This document shows, one piece after another, positions 49,829-63,675 of a DNA stretch of 64,000 bases. How positions within the stretch are numbered: position 1 is the first letter of the stretch; each line of letters opens with the position of its first letter. This stretch comes from Selaginella moellendorffii (taxonomy: Eukaryota; Plantae; Lycopodiophyta). The stretch covers positions 1 to 64,000 of the forward strand of contig NW_003314308.1 in the NCBI RefSeq assembly GCF_000143415.4, written 5' to 3'. Under the pieces are notes generated by a model. The model did not search any database. It had not been told where the DNA came from and saw nothing but the letters and a program-made list of their open reading frames with translations. A program made the translations under genes and the position numbers.

Positions 49829-50103
49829 TGTAATATAGAGGGCACAAAATCTAGCTATCTAAGATTGATGGCCTGATAGTTAAACACGAAAGAACTTAAG
49901 AGAGTTAAATATTGTTCTAGCTATTTAAAAACTAGAAACTAGTGGGGACACCATTCCTTGCCATTTGTCCTGGTGTGCAATAGCTAGCAATTAACATTAA
50001 TATTCAATGGTATGCAAATGCTTCAATTTAAACAAATGCCGAGCCTCATTAGTTGTTATTCTTAGCATTCAAGTATGTTAAGAAATATATTAGAATATAC
50101 ATT

Positions 50104-53100
50104 TGTGAGTGCTTGGAATATGGAAAGGGAATACAGAAATGTGCATATCAATTAGCCCAAAAACCCTAGCTTATATACAGGAGCAAGTGGTCCAGATTAA
50201 AACCAATCCGACGGCTACCAAAATCCCACTACGCTAATATTAGTATATGGCATCGTAACTATACACTTGGCCCTCACATCATCCCATCCTCTTGGGATAA
50301 TGGAAGACCATCAGGGTTCTCTTGAAGATGGGCCGGGATCTGGAGGAACGTCAGGAGGAGGCATTGGTGGATCTGTAGGTGGTATTAATTCCTCCTGATC
50401 CCTTTGTACAAAGCATTTCAGCCACTGCACATGCACAATCTCTGGAGGATCGGCCTGCTGAACGTCATGCCGAACCTCATAAACTTGTGGTCCAACTTGC
50501 CGCAACACCCGATACGGTCCTTTCCATTGCGCAAGAAGCCTCTTAGATAAACCATGTACCGTAAGATGGGGAAAACGGACTAACACCAAATCATCCACTT
50601 TGTACTCCGTAGGTGGACGATGATGGGAGTTGTAGCACCGTTGTTGTCCCATTTGTACGCAGCCTAAGTGTTCGGCAGACTCTGCTCGAACAAGTGGAAG
50701 AATGCTCGTCAAATACTGATCCCATGATCTAGCATCGGCAACTCGTGGCAATCGCGAAGGTAAACCCAGCTCCATTGGTAATATTGGATCATGACCATAT
50801 AGAAGTTTATATGGTGAAGCACCAATAGAACTCTGCACCCCTGTAACATATGCATACCAAAGAGACAGCAAATAACCATCCCAATCTGAATGCTGAAAGT
50901 TCACATACTTCGCAATCATCCCTTTGAATGTCCAAACAAGCCGTTCCACCAGACCGTCTGATTGTGGATGATAAGCACTCGTGAAAGTGTGGCATATCCC
51001 CAATCGAGACGTCAAAACATGAAATGCCTCAGCCATAAATGCGGGACCATTATCTGAAAGAATCCGCTCTGGACAAGAATGCTGGAACACCACTCGATTG
51101 AGGAGGAAGTATCCAATAGCAGTTGCAGAGGCGCTAGCAAGAGCACCAACTTCCACCCAATGAGTCAAGTAGTCAGAAGCAATAATAACATACTCATTGC
51201 CAGCAGTCGACCGTGGAAAAGATCCCATAAGATCAAACGCCACTAACTCAAACAGACAGGAAACCGCAATTGACTCCAACCATCCTTCTACAACACGAGG
51301 GGGAGTATTACGAGCTTGGCACCAAACGCAGCTACGCACATACCGGATAATATCACGTCGCATCTCTAGCCAATAGAAAGACCTGTGCAGCTTCTCGGTG
51401 ATACAACGGTGTCCTATATGCCCACCAAGAACAGGAGAATCATGGTAGGCATGGAGAAACCGCAGAATAAACACCGAAGGCACCACCAACCGTAAATGAT
51501 CATTAGGATCTGTCCCCATAAAATAAAGAAGGCCATCTTCAAGGCAATATTGAGAATGTAAATGCCGGAAAGGCAAGTCATCAGCAAGTGATGCAAGATT
51601 TTCAAACCCATCTCGAAGCCTTCGAATCCACGGCTCAATCTTTTGAGCCTCGCAAACCTCATCAAGAGAAGGTAGATCTTGCTCTGCGCCCTGTGGACAC
51701 TGAACGTCAAGGACAGCAACCGCCGACGGCACAGAATCCTCATCTAGAAAATCCACAGATGCTGGAACAACAGGTTCGTCAGAAACATGAGAAGTGAGTG
51801 GAGAAGGAAGAGGAGCTCGAGAAAGGGCATTAGCATCAACCATAGAACTCCCTGGGCGATGAACAACATCAAAATCATATATCTGAAGCTTCAAAGCCCA
51901 TCGAGCCATACAACCAACCAGGTTCTTCCACTTCAATAATGAAGTAACAGCAGTATGGTCACCTTCAAGTAACGTCCAAGAACCATGTAGATATGCATGA
52001 AGTTTCTCGAAACCCCAGACTGCTACTAAACACTCCTTCTCCGTCGTGGAGTAGTTCATCTCCGCTGGTTGTAATGTACGGCTTATGTATGCAATGGGAT
52101 GGCCCTAACCAGGCACACTCGAGCTCTCTTGCATCAACACACCTCCAAGACCAATGTCAGAAGCATCCACGCGCAAAATAAAAGGTCGAGTGTAGTCAAG
52201 ATACGCCAAAACTGGAGGAGTTGTCAATAGCTCTTTGAGATCCACAAACACCCGCTCACAATCTGAAGACCAGATGAAAGATGACGTGGATGACTTCAGC
52301 AACGCTCGCAATGGTGTAGTGCGATCAGAAAGATGATCCACAAAACAACCGAGATACTGCACTTTACCCAAAAAGCGTTGCACATCATTCACAAACTTCG
52401 GAGTAGGGAACTTTAGAACAGCCACAAGTTTGTCAGGATCAACTTGCAAACCCTCACGAGAAATATGGTACCCAAGATAAGTTGTGTCCTTGGACCCAAA
52501 CACGCACTTTGACCGCTTCAGCTTTAAACCAACGTCGTGTAGCCGATCCAACACTTTACAAACATCACGAACGTGCTCCTCCCACGTCCCCTCCGAGTGG
52601 ATCAAGACATCATCAATGAAGTCAGCAGTCACCTTCGGCATATCGCAAAGAACCTCGTCCATTATCCGCTGGAAAGTTGCTAGAGCATTGTTCAAACCAA
52701 ACGGCATCACCAAGAACTCATACAAACCAAATGGTGTACGAAAAGCAATCTTAGGAATATCTTCTTCAGTCATCGGTACTTGCCAATACCCAGAAGGAAG
52801 ATCTAGCTTGGTGAACCAACGACTTCGCCCTAGACGATCCAAGAAATCAGCAGTATGAGGAAGAGGATACACATCTGGGATCGTCACTTCGTTTAACGGA
52901 CGATAGTTGATGCAGAAACGAATACTCCCATCAGGCTTCGTCACAAGATGAGGTTCACATGCCCAAGGACTCCGCGACTTCCGAATAACACCCTTCTCCA
53001 GCATTTCCTTGACGTTTGCTCGTAAAATCTTAATTTCCTTAGGTGACCGATGACAAACAAGACCTTGATTGGACGAGCATCCCCGGTTGGAATCGGATGA

Positions 53101-54777
53101 CGTGTGGCAATCTTGGCCCCAGACGATAGGTCAAATTCAAAAAGATCAGAATACTCCTTCATGAACCGGTCAACTGCTGCAACACAAAGATCGTCGGAGG
53201 GATCGGAAAAGGGAAAAGCAGAACAAGATGGAAACACAAAAGGAAAGAGTGGGGGAACAAAAGTAATGGAAGCAGAGGTAGAAGTAGAGGGACGAAGAGG
53301 TATGGAAGTGAGAGGAATGGATGAAACATAAGGAAGTATAAGACAAGGGGAGAAGCCTCAAAGTCACACTTGGCATGATTGCGCTGCAACCAATCCATAT
53401 CAAGAATGAGGTCAAAAGCTTGATTTGGCACCACCCGCAACGACTGCAACTCAAGCTCAAGATCGCTCACACGCACAACCAGGTCCACCTCATCCCGTGC
53501 ACATGCATGTGTACGGCTGTTGCCATAAAGAATGAAAACTGGTTCCGCCGCACGACGCAAGTGTAGACGACAACGTGTGGCAACAGGTCGAGCAATAGAA
53601 GATAAACTCGAACCTGTATCAACCAACACGGAGAGAATAATAGGAGACCTCTTGTTATAAAAACGAACTTGGAAAGTAAACACTGGATGAACTGGTGCCG
53701 AGTGAACCCCTTGATGATACTCCCGAAAGAAAGATGGATGGGTCACTGATTTATTTGCGCAAGGTCCCTCCGTTACTCGCGCGACTCCTCGTTTCCCGGA
53801 TGCATCTCGGTGTCCAGACCTTCCACTGCAACAGCACCCACGGGATGTTGCTGACGCCAAGGTCTCCACCTAGGAAATGGAGGTCGCCAATCCGGAAAAC
53901 GACGGCAACGCCGATAAGTATGACCAACTTCATCACACGCCCAGCAGCGAACATCACGGCCACGACCATGTCCTCGCACTTGTCCTTGGACTCGAGCAGC
54001 AGCAGCATCAACCTCCATTGGAACAGGACCATCACTCATAGGAAGTGGAGCGGAAGGACGTGCAACGAGAAGTGGAAGAGGCAACGTCTCATAACGTTGT
54101 GCCAAGCGAAGAGCATCGTCAAGGGTGGCAGGAGCAAGTGCATGCATAAGGCCGACAAGATCTTGACGAAGTGCTGGCCACAACATTCCTAGCTTGATCC
54201 GCTCCGACATATTTGGCTCCGCATGAAGCAAAAGACTTCGGAAACGAACGCCAAATTGCATCACTAACTCAGATGGCCTTTGGCGAAGACAATGTAATTG
54301 TTGGAAAGCATCAAGCAATTGTACCAATTGCTGCTCTAGAGTCAAAGGAGGAGATTGCTGATTTGCCATGAAGATGAACGAAAAAGAAAGAGCAAAAGAA
54401 GAGAAATGACAAAAAGCTAGAAGGAAATGGTAGATCTAGATAACGCAAAAAGCTAGATCTAAACCAAAATCCTGAATAGAAAGAACAAAAGACAGGAAAT
54501 GGAAAAAGCTAGATCTAAACGATGCAAAAGCTAGATCTAAACAAAAATCCCAAATCCAAGCACTCCTTAGGAACAATCAAATATGCCCCTCACCTCCACC
54601 AATGTAAGTGCTTAGAATATGGAAAGGAAATACAGAAATGTGCATATCAATTAGCCCAAAAACCCTAGCTTATATACAGGAGTGAGTGGTCCAGATTAAA
54701 ACCAATCCGATGGCTACCAAAATCCCACTATGCTAATATTAGTATATGGCATCGTAACTGTACACTTGGCCCTCACA
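50104..54777 (-). mobile_element. Gypsy element with both LTRs (copy B), gag internally deleted
   Basis: LTRs 50104-50278 and 54603-54777, CATT TSD, PBS 54582-54601, ORFs 50311-52059 and 52105-53004. Confidence 0.97.
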
Positions 54778-54874
54778 CATTGTGATATATTTTAGATAGC
54801 ACAAAAGAAATTTAAAAAGAGGAGTAGTATATTTTAAATAGCACAACAAATTATTTAAAAAGAGGAGTAGTACT

Positions 54875-54949
54875 CAATGGAATTTAACAATTGGTTCCTC
54901 AAGGTATGGAAGAAACTAGAAACCTAGACAGATAAAATTGATGGATCAA

Positions 54950-54989
<40 letters not shown>

Positions 54990-55370
54990 CATTTGTTTCT
55001 TTCTTTCTATGATTTTGCAGAGTCGTCAAAAAAGGTACTTGGCATTGGCTTTGAGGTTCCCATAGGCAAAAAGAAACTCATTCACTCTGTACCACAACAG
55101 AACTTGCAGGGGTGAGCTTTTAAATGTTCTGAAGCTACTCTCTCTTGTTTTGACTTCCAGGTTCCGTGGATTCGAAAGGCCTGTAGGAAAACGTTTCACA
55201 AAGGTGCAGATATTCTCTCTACAAAAATCAACAATCCCGCCATTTTCTTCATCACATCTCCCGAGAATTGGGATAGCTCTCCAGCTTCCACTTGATCTCT
55301 GCCCACTTGAGATGAGATGCATGGATCCTACAAGAAGCCAGCCGTGGACACCACGCTGTTGCATCTCCCG
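54875..55370 (+). repeat. Inverted repeat left arm (copy B; continues at ~49835-50087 on the other side of the gypsy)
   Basis: Reverse complement of ~60748-61260. Confidence 0.85.
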
Positions 55371-56635
55371 AGCTATTTTGTTCAAGATGTGTGGTATACC
55401 GACGTGAACTATAAATTGCAGTGCAGGATCACATTCTAACTGATTTAATGCTAGAAGCAGCTATGATATCTGACAACTCCAAAATGTTGAGCCTTCGTGA
55501 CTTCCAACGCAAGAAATTAACCAGCTAGGAAACCCAGAGCAGTTATTAAAGAAATACGTTCCATTTCTTTGTGAGGAGTGTCAGCAATCGCAACTAACAC
55601 TGATACTCTTGAATTTTTTTTCATCTGTGCATAATTTAGGTTGATTATGTTTCTCAGTTCGGTGCTGACCAGTATCTACGTCTGGGGAAACTTCTTGTAT
55701 TGTGTAGGATCATCTCGTTCTTGGACTCCAACATAATAAAATTCCATCGAGATGAAATACTAATCTTCTCTATTGCAGGTTCGTGATAGTATTTATCTTA
55801 TTTTCGCAAAACTTTCCGGGAAGTTTACTGTTAATTCTCCTTGGGCATACTTCCGATGCTGTTTCTTTTCTTTTGGAAAGCTCAGTGTTTTACTTGTCGT
55901 CACTAACACTAATACCAGATAGCACTACGCCTGTACAAGTACATAGCCTGAACATCCTAGCATGGTTTATTTCTGAAACTTCTATTTCGGACGAGAAGCA
56001 GTTACTGTTGGCCGTGGTTGGCTGCATTGTAGCTCTTGCAAGCACTTTGAAGGTAAATCTTGATCTCATAATTTAAACCAGTCTTAAATCTTTGTTTGTA
56101 GTCTGTGCCATGCAGTGCTTTAAAGAAATCAAGCAGGAAGGTCAAGTCTTGAAGCTTTCTGTGCTTTTGCGAGCCATACATGACAATACCAAGAACTTCG
56201 TAAACAACAGGAGGTTTTTGTCATCCTTTCTTCATACTAGTCTGCTCAGCGAATGAGAGCAAGACAATTAGAACATGTGGTACGTTTCATTAAGTTCCAC
56301 CTCCGCCAACAATTTCAATCTTTCTAAGAACTTCAGACATCTCCCACCTTGCTTTGTTGGTTCGATCTAGCTGAAAATTATTGACTTGCCAGAAGGAAAG
56401 AAAGCAGAAAAGAATTCCTTGATTTGTTTCGTTACATGTAAATTCTTCTATACTTCTTTTCTTTCTGGCATGTCACCAGTTTTCTATGTTGGATCAAATC
56501 AATAGAGCAAGGCGGCTGTATGAAAGATTGAGACCCTCTGCATTAGCTATTGCATCAACAACCCACAGATGTATGGCTAAGGGAGGGATGGAAATGAGTG
56601 GGATGACCATAACCTAAACGAGACGCAGACAAAGT

Positions 56636-57587
56636 TTAATACCTCACAGTCTCAATGGCTGCTTTGCCATCTAGTTTTGAAGCGTAGAACGATTGAAGGT
56701 AATTTCCATAGACGCTATCTTTGAAGCAAGCAGGCGCTTCGTCAGCGACCAGCTGCGCCAGCAGAGCAATGTGACTATCTTCTGCTGGCCCATAGAATGA
56801 AGCAATGGAGACTCGAGTTCGCTCCGAGTTGACAACTGCTCGGTGCTCCACACTCTTGTACGCATCATTGGAAAGAATCTGAATAACACACAATCAAAAC
56901 CTGGAAATCTCATGCATGCACGACTATGACGATCGAAAGAAAGCTTACCTGAAGTTGATCTCCAATGTTGACAACAAAGGCGCCAGGCAGAGGTTTGATC
57001 GGCACCCACGCTCCACAGTGTACAATCTGGAGGCCATCTTTCACCCTGGTGTCCTGCTGGAGTATAGTGAAACCGTTTGGATCCGCGTGAGCGTCCAGTC
57101 AGATTGTAAGCTCCGGCTCCGGACAAGGTGGATAGTAGTTCATCCTCATCGCATGCCTCTCTCCTCCAAAAGCTTCCTCCAGAGCACCACTTTCCAGTCC
57201 CAGTGACTCCGAGAACAATCCAAGCACTCTTTTCGCGGCGACGAACGAGACGTGGGTGGGGCGGACGACTGAATCGCTGGCGAGGGCGAGGAAGAGATGA
57301 ATCGCTTGCGCGCTCTGGCCGTTTGCGCAGAGCGTCGAGATCATGATGTTACAGGAGAAGGCGTTCTTGTGGACGAGATCGTGGAAGACGGACCATGCGT
57401 CCGGGAGGCTGGAGCACTTGCCATACATGAGGATGAGGAGATTGCTGAACAAGGGGTGGTGGCGTAGGTCGAGGGTGGCGGCCAGGCGGCGGTGCAAGAG
57501 CTTCCCTCGCGGGAGGGACTTGGAATCACCACATTGGCGCAGAAGAGTCGCGATTTGGCGTGGAGATGCCTGCAGGAGGCACCGCGA
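56636..57587 (-). pseudogene. PPR/2-ODD chimera (copy B) with premature stop
   Basis: GGA>TGA at 57099-57101, just before LDAHAD. Confidence 0.85.
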
Positions 57588-58048
57588 TCACTCCTCTTGC
57601 TACTTCGCTGGATGTCATGGCAAAGACACACTCTCTCTCTCCATGATCCTGTGAAGAGCTTCATATGGATCATCACATTTTTTGTCAATAGCTTCACATA
57701 GGCACTAAACAACAGACATAAAGGAACTCAGAAGCAATCAGTCTTCTAAGCATCTTATCCTCTGGCATCAAATGTTGGATCAGTGATGTCCTTTTTGAAG
57801 TCTCGCTTGTTGTTTGAGGTGGGCACGTGCTTCTATTGGTGTTCATGGGGTGTTGCAAAGCTGTGGGCTCTCAATGTAAAGGGGATTTCCTTGGCAAAAG
57901 ACCTTGAAATTTTGGTGTGCTGTTTTTCTTGTTTTACCATTTTGTTTTAGACATGTAGGAAATCCTGAGCTCAAAAGTTCACTAAGATTCATTTGCATAA
58001 ACTACACTTTGGCAGAAAAATTATAACATTTACTACAAAATACAATAA

Positions 58049-58636
58049 TCAGTTAAAAACAACCCATTCATCATCGAATGGATCTAGGACGTACAATTTG
58101 CCTTGCTTCTCCACACATTGTCCAATATTCCAGCGATGGGTAACTTTGGTAAAATCCACACACTTTGACAGCGCAAGAAGGAACGGGGTTACATCTGCCA
58201 AGAAGTGGTCATCCTTTGACCCCTCAAACTTTGGAGCCACCACCACGCTCTCTTGATGACCTTGGTAGAAGTCAATAATGTCATCCAGTGCCACCACCCG
58301 CTTGAAATCCCGAAACCCTACATGGTCAAGATTCTTGACTTTCGTCCCGTCCTTTAGAACAACGCAATTGCCACCATGTAGCCTCCTCGACACAAGCCCC
58401 CCAGTAGGATCCAGATGGTCAACCACAAGGTTGACATACTTCTCCTGGGCGGCACTAAACACCACGATATCGTACACTTTTGAAACCTTCCCCAGAAATT
58501 CATCTACGCCTGGTCTCTTCATGATGTGGAGTGGTGCATCATCGTCGAATTCCATGCTGAAACTCACAGAAGAGACGAGATCCTTATGAGCGTATACCAG
58601 TGTATTGTCTAGATCGAGAATGAGTGTCTTCTTCAT
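58049..58636 (-). CDS. NIF/FCP1-type HAD phosphatase (copy B, intact)
   Basis: 195 aa, 3 substitutions relative to A, DLDNT intact. Confidence 0.93.
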   Translation of the reverse strand: MKKTLILDLDNTLVYAHKDLVSSVSFSMEFDDDAPLHIMKRPGVDEFLGKVSKVYDIVVFSAAQEKYVNLVVDHLDPTGGLVSRRLHGGNCVVLKDGTKVKNLDHVGFRDFKRVVALDDIIDFYQGHQESVVVAPKFEGSKDDHFLADVTPFLLALSKCVDFTKVTHRWNIGQCVEKQGKLYVLDPFDDEWVVFN

Positions 58637-59056
58637 GATACCCTAAAAAATGACTCGTATTCCGTGGAGAAGGGCCACAAAAGGTGACCAAAGGTGCCAC
58701 GTCTGCCCTAAACTCTATCCGACGTGGCCTTTTTGTATTCTTGTACCCTACTATTGGCAAAGCCCAAGGGAGCCGGAGGAGCGCGTCGATCCTCAATGCA
58801 GCTTAGATTCCAAATCTAGGGCTGCCGTGATCGTCTGGCAAGGGCAGAGGTGAGTGCGCTGCTGGTTTGCGGCCTACTGTTGGCGAGGCGGAAGGAGGTG
58901 AGCATGCAATTGTAACAAGTTTGTTGTGAATCCATTGACGGACAGCTGATGTGCGCATTCTAGGCTCCAGCCGTTGGATAAGTGCAGTAACGACTCCTCA
59001 ATCTCTTTTGTGCTTTCAGCAACGACTCACAATGTTAACACTGACCAGAGTCCACC

Positions 59057-60473
59057 ATGGAGAGGAAGAGAGCTGCTGGTCCGAAGAAACTACACACTCA
59101 GAAGCGATCCGACGTCATGCTCGAAAGGACCCGCCCACTGGATCCGATTAACCGAGCTCGATCAGGTTGGTCAAAACTTGAAACATCTGCACTTGTCTGA
59201 CGAAGATCCTCGTTGAAGCAGGAGCAGGAGAAACTGATCATGATGCATCCGCGTTGCAGGCTGCTCCTGACGCTGGTACGAAGAATTCCTTTTGTTGGCT
59301 GACACGACTCTTTGCTGGTTTGATTCATGACTTGCAGAATATGTTCGGCAATTCCTCGCAATGGCGCAACGCTTGGAGAGATTCAAGATGCTCTCGGCGA
59401 ATGTTGTGACCGGGATCGTGGAATCGATCCAAAAGGGAGGGGAGACTCCAGTTGCAGCAGCAGGTGGATACAATAATTTCTCTCTTTGGCATCTTTTCGC
59501 TTCTGAGTGGCCCCTTGTCTCTCTTGTCCAGGCCGCTTCTGCAGCAGCTACGAAGTGCTCGCTTGTGTTGGCCAGGGGGCGTCCGGGAAAGTATACAAGT
59601 GCCGTAGCAAGGAGGACGAACAAATCTACGCCATCAAAGTCATCAAGGTTCGCACAGCAACGAAGTCCAGAGACCAGGATGTCGCGCTCGTCTTCAAGGA
59701 GGGAGAGATGTTCCAGCGCTGCGAACACCCCAACATAGTCAAATACTTCGACATGTGGAAGGAGGAAGGCGAGCCGGGCAAGTCGAAAGTGTACATTGTC
59801 ATGGAGTTTTGTGGCCGCTCGCTCCAGTCGGTGCTCCTCGGCGGTGAGTCACCACCTGCAGATGCGTTTAGGCAGCTTCTTCAAGCTGTGGCGCATGTAG
59901 GCAAGGGAGGACTTTCAACGATAAAATCATGTTGGGTTTATGGTATGGCCCATCTCGCACGACAACGTGGGTGTTCATGGGGATATAGCACCACACAACA
60001 TCTTCGTCACGGATGATGGACGCATCAAGCTGGGAGATTTCGGTCTTGGTAGGCTAATGAAACATCTCTTTCATCTCTCATTTGCTGGCTTACAGCTAAA
60101 AATAAGGAGTCCATGCTCACGACCGAAAATATCAAGAAGGGGAGAGCAGTTTACTCCTCTCCCCAGCGCCGGAGCAACTCGACCTACACTGACATGCTTG
60201 CGCTTGGAGTTATACTCTTCGAACTTCATTGGAGGTGTCCCCCGGACCAGGTTTGACTGCAGTTTGTGCAACGTGCTTGCTTAGTTTGGTGAATCTGTGT
60301 AGGAAAGGGAGTCGGTATTGATTGACGTCCGGGATGGCTTTTTACCAGCCGACTGGGCGTACCAACACCCATCAATTGCGCCCAAGGTGTTGGAGCTGGT
60401 CGCAGCAAGACGCGACCAGCGTCCATCCGCGCACGACATCCTCTGCGATCCTGCCTGGCAATCTGTTTGGTGA
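59057..60473 (+). pseudogene. GCN2-like kinase (copy B), disrupted
   Basis: 58-bp insertion 59899-59956 causes a frameshift; HRD>HGD. Confidence 0.85.
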
Positions 60474-60747
60474 GTTTCTTTCGTTACTCTGATTCTCTGC
60501 TTGGCTGCTTTGTTTGCAGCTGATCGTTGTAGTGGTTTAGATTTACTCGCTCCTTTTTGTCATCTTTGTAGTCTTCGTCTTTTTCAGCATGCCAATTTCG
60601 ATTCAGAAATATGAATTCGTTGCCAGTTCATTGCATTTCTGCCAGGCCGAGTTGTTCTCGATCAAGGTTGCTGAGAAACTCAAGGGCTTCCGACATTCTT
60701 GTAGTCAGGGTCGGTTCAAGGAACAGGATTGGTAAACAGCACATTGA

Positions 60748-61403
60748 CGAGAGATGCAACAGCGTGGTGTCCACGGCTGGCTTCTTGTAGGATCCATGCA
60801 TCTCACCTCAAGTGGGCAGAGATCAAGTGGAAGCTGGAGAGCTATCCCGATTCTCGGGAGATGCGATGAAGAAAGTGGCGGGATTGTTGATTTTTGTAGA
60901 GAGAATATTCGCATCTCTGACCTGTTGACCTTTTTTTACAGGGAAACGTTTTCCTACAGGAATGCCGAGTACCTTTTTGACGAGTCTGCAAAATTATAGA
61001 AAGAAAGAGTCAAATGGAGAGAGAGAGAGAGAGATGAATTGATCCAGGTTTCTTGTTTCTTCCAAACCAATTGTTAGATTCCATTGACTTCTTAGCATAC
61101 GTGAATGTGAAGAATAACAAATAATGAAGGTGCTTGCTTAGATTGAGGCATTTGAATAGTATTGAATATTAATGTTAATATGCTAGCCATTGTTTTTGGT
61201 GTATAACCATCAACATCAATCTTAAAACACGTCCAAAAGCTGGATTTTGTGCCCTGTAGATAACGGAAGAGTGTGGAGGGCTTAATGATGTTAATTTTAG
61301 AGTTATTTTTAAGGTCTACATTGGTTTGTCAGAATATAGAGTTTCTCAGCTAGATATGAGGCAAAATAAAAACTTCATAGTTGTTTTTTATGTGAATACT
61401 TTA
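60748..61403 (-). repeat. Gene X fragment / inverted repeat right arm, older paralog of 1-503
   Basis: Gapped similarity to 29628-30430 and 1-503, ending at ...atgtgaatacttta. Confidence 0.8.
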
Positions 61404-61847
61404 CATTAGTAGTGATAAGTAAGAGAATTAACTTTATAAACACTGACTGCAAGTGAGTTGTTGATTAGAGAATATCTTACAATATACTTAGATATTTTAC
61501 GTATAAAGAAAAATATAAAGAAAATCCATATTCACAAAATTTTCTTATTTAAAATTCAAATATAAATCACGATTTAAACATTGTACATTAAAACCGTTTT
61601 GATCGGCTAAAAACCATTATAATCACTCAGGTGACCAGCTTAATTTCAATACCAGCATACCGCAGTTTCTCTGCTGCAAACAAAAACACATGTGAATATA
61701 CTTGTAGGGCAGTGATTCAATCCTAAGATCCTATTGTGAATTTGGGACAATAACATCGTCCTATTCATCTTCATTGTTAACAGCTTTTTGCTTTTTCTTG
61801 GACATTCCGTTCCACTTTGTGCTTTTCTTGCTGAGTATGTGGATCAC

Positions 61848-62049
61848 TATTGGATTTGTATGGCTGGATCGCATCCCAGTATGCAAATGATCTTGTGCGC
61901 CTCACGACACCCAACGCATGATGCACGACTGTCAAGGTGTTTGTGGAGAGTTACTTTGGCTACGACATGACGTTTGGGTGCTGTCGCGGGTGTCTTGGTC
62001 GGCTTCCCAGTCTTCTTCGCCTTCATGTTTGCCTAGTGTATCAAGTACC
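61848..62049 (+). pseudogene. ABCG/PDR transporter C-terminal fragment
   Basis: YGWIASQYAND...TVKVFVESYFGYD / GAVAGVLVGFPVFFAFMFA*CIKY, with stops and frameshift. Confidence 0.75.
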
Positions 62050-62256
62050 ACTGAGGTAGCTCTTTTTTTCCAATCTCTTTCATCACTTTGGGCTCGGTCA
62101 AGCAAAAGTTTGTGAGCTCATTACTAGGATGATACACTTTTGAAGCAAAAGAGCTTACAATTTTGTTTTACACGAAATATGTAGGAAATCCTGAGCTCAA
62201 AAGTTCACTAAGATTCATTTCCATAAACTACACTTTTGGCAGAAAAAATACAATAA

Positions 62257-62810
62257 TCAGTTAAAAACAACCCATTCACCATCGAATGGATCTAGGACAT
62301 ACAATTTGCCTTGCTTCTCCACACATTGTCCAATATTTCAGCAATGGGTAACTTTGGTAAAATCCACACACTTTTGACAGCGCAATACATCTGCCAAGAA
62401 GTGGTCATCCTTTGACCCCTCAAACTTTGGAGCCACCACCACGCTGTCTTGATGACCTTGGTAGAAGTCAATAATGTCATCTAGTGCCACCACCCGCTTG
62501 AAATCCCGAAACCCGACATGGTCAAGATTCTTGACTTTCGTCCCGTCCTTTAGAACAATGCAATTGCCACCATGTAGCCTCCTCGGCACAAGCCTTCCAG
62601 TAGGATCCAGATGGTCAACCATTGACATACTTCTCCTCTGCAGCATTAAACACCACGATATCGTATACTTTTGAAACCTTCCCCAGAAATTCACCTACGC
62701 CTGGTCTCTTCATGATGTGGAGTGTCCAATTCCATGCTGAAATCTACAGAAGAGACCTTATGAGCGTATACCAATGTATTATCTAAATCTAGAATCAGTG
62801 TCTTCTTCAT
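62257..62810 (-). pseudogene. NIF/FCP1-type phosphatase (copy C), frameshifted
   Basis: MKKTLILDLDNTLVYAHK start; multiple small deletions. Confidence 0.9.
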
Positions 62811-62889
62811 GATACCCTTAAAATGACTCGTCCATATATATGATTCCTTAAACCCTAAACTCCATCTGACGTGGCCGTTTTGTCGGGAA

Positions 62890-63675
62890 TGGGATCGTGG
62901 AATCGATCGGAAGACTCCTGCGGATACAATATTTCTTTCTTTGGCCGCTTTGAGCGTCTGAGTTGCCTCTTGTCTCTTGTCCAGGCTGCAGCTACAAAGT
63001 GCTCGCTTGTGTCGGCCACGGCGCGTCCGGCAAAATATACAAGTGCCGTAGGAAGGAGGACGACATGTATGTCATCAAAGTTTGCACGGCAACGAAGTCC
63101 AGGGACCAGCTCGTCTTCGAGGAGGGAGATATGCTCTAGTGCTGTAAACATCCCAACATATACTTTGACATATGGCAGGAGGAAATGGGCAAGTCCAAAG
63201 TCTACATTGTCATGGAGTTTTGGCTTGCTCCAGTTGGTGCTCCTCGGCGGTGAGTCAGATGCGTTTAGGCAGCTTCTTCAAGTTGTGGCATGTACACGAC
63301 AACGTTGGTGATCATCGGGATATATCACACAACGATGACGGACTCATCAAGCTGGGAGGGCTAATGAAAGTTAAAACATCTATTTCATCTTCATTTGTTG
63401 GCTTACTGCTAAAAATAAGGAGAGCACCGGAGCAACTCGACCTACACTGACATGCTCGCGCTTGGCGTTATACTCTTCGAACTTCATTGGAGGTGTCCCC
63501 CGGCAGGTTTGACTGCAGTTTGTGCAACGTCCTTGCTTATTTTGGTGAATCGGTGTGATTGACGTCTTACCAGCCGACTGGGCGTACCAACACGTCCAAG
63601 GTGACAGCAAGACGCGACCAGCGTCCATCCGCGCACGATATCCTCCGCGATCCTGCCTGGCAATCTGTTTGGTGA
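62890..63675 (+). pseudogene. GCN2-like kinase (copy C), heavily deleted
   Basis: Colinear remnants of exons 3-6; 5' exons missing. Confidence 0.9.

Larger units (their letters stand above)
29938..60960 (+). repeat. Tandem segmental duplication, unit B (right end approximate)
   Basis: Colinear with unit A; has ~1.39 kb extra at 48647-50038, a 336-bp gag deletion, and a 58-bp insertion in the kinase. Confidence 0.95.

Noticed and set aside
59897-59956. Novel intron in kinase copy B (starts GTAGGC)
   Set aside because: No AG acceptor at its end; treated as a disruptive insertion
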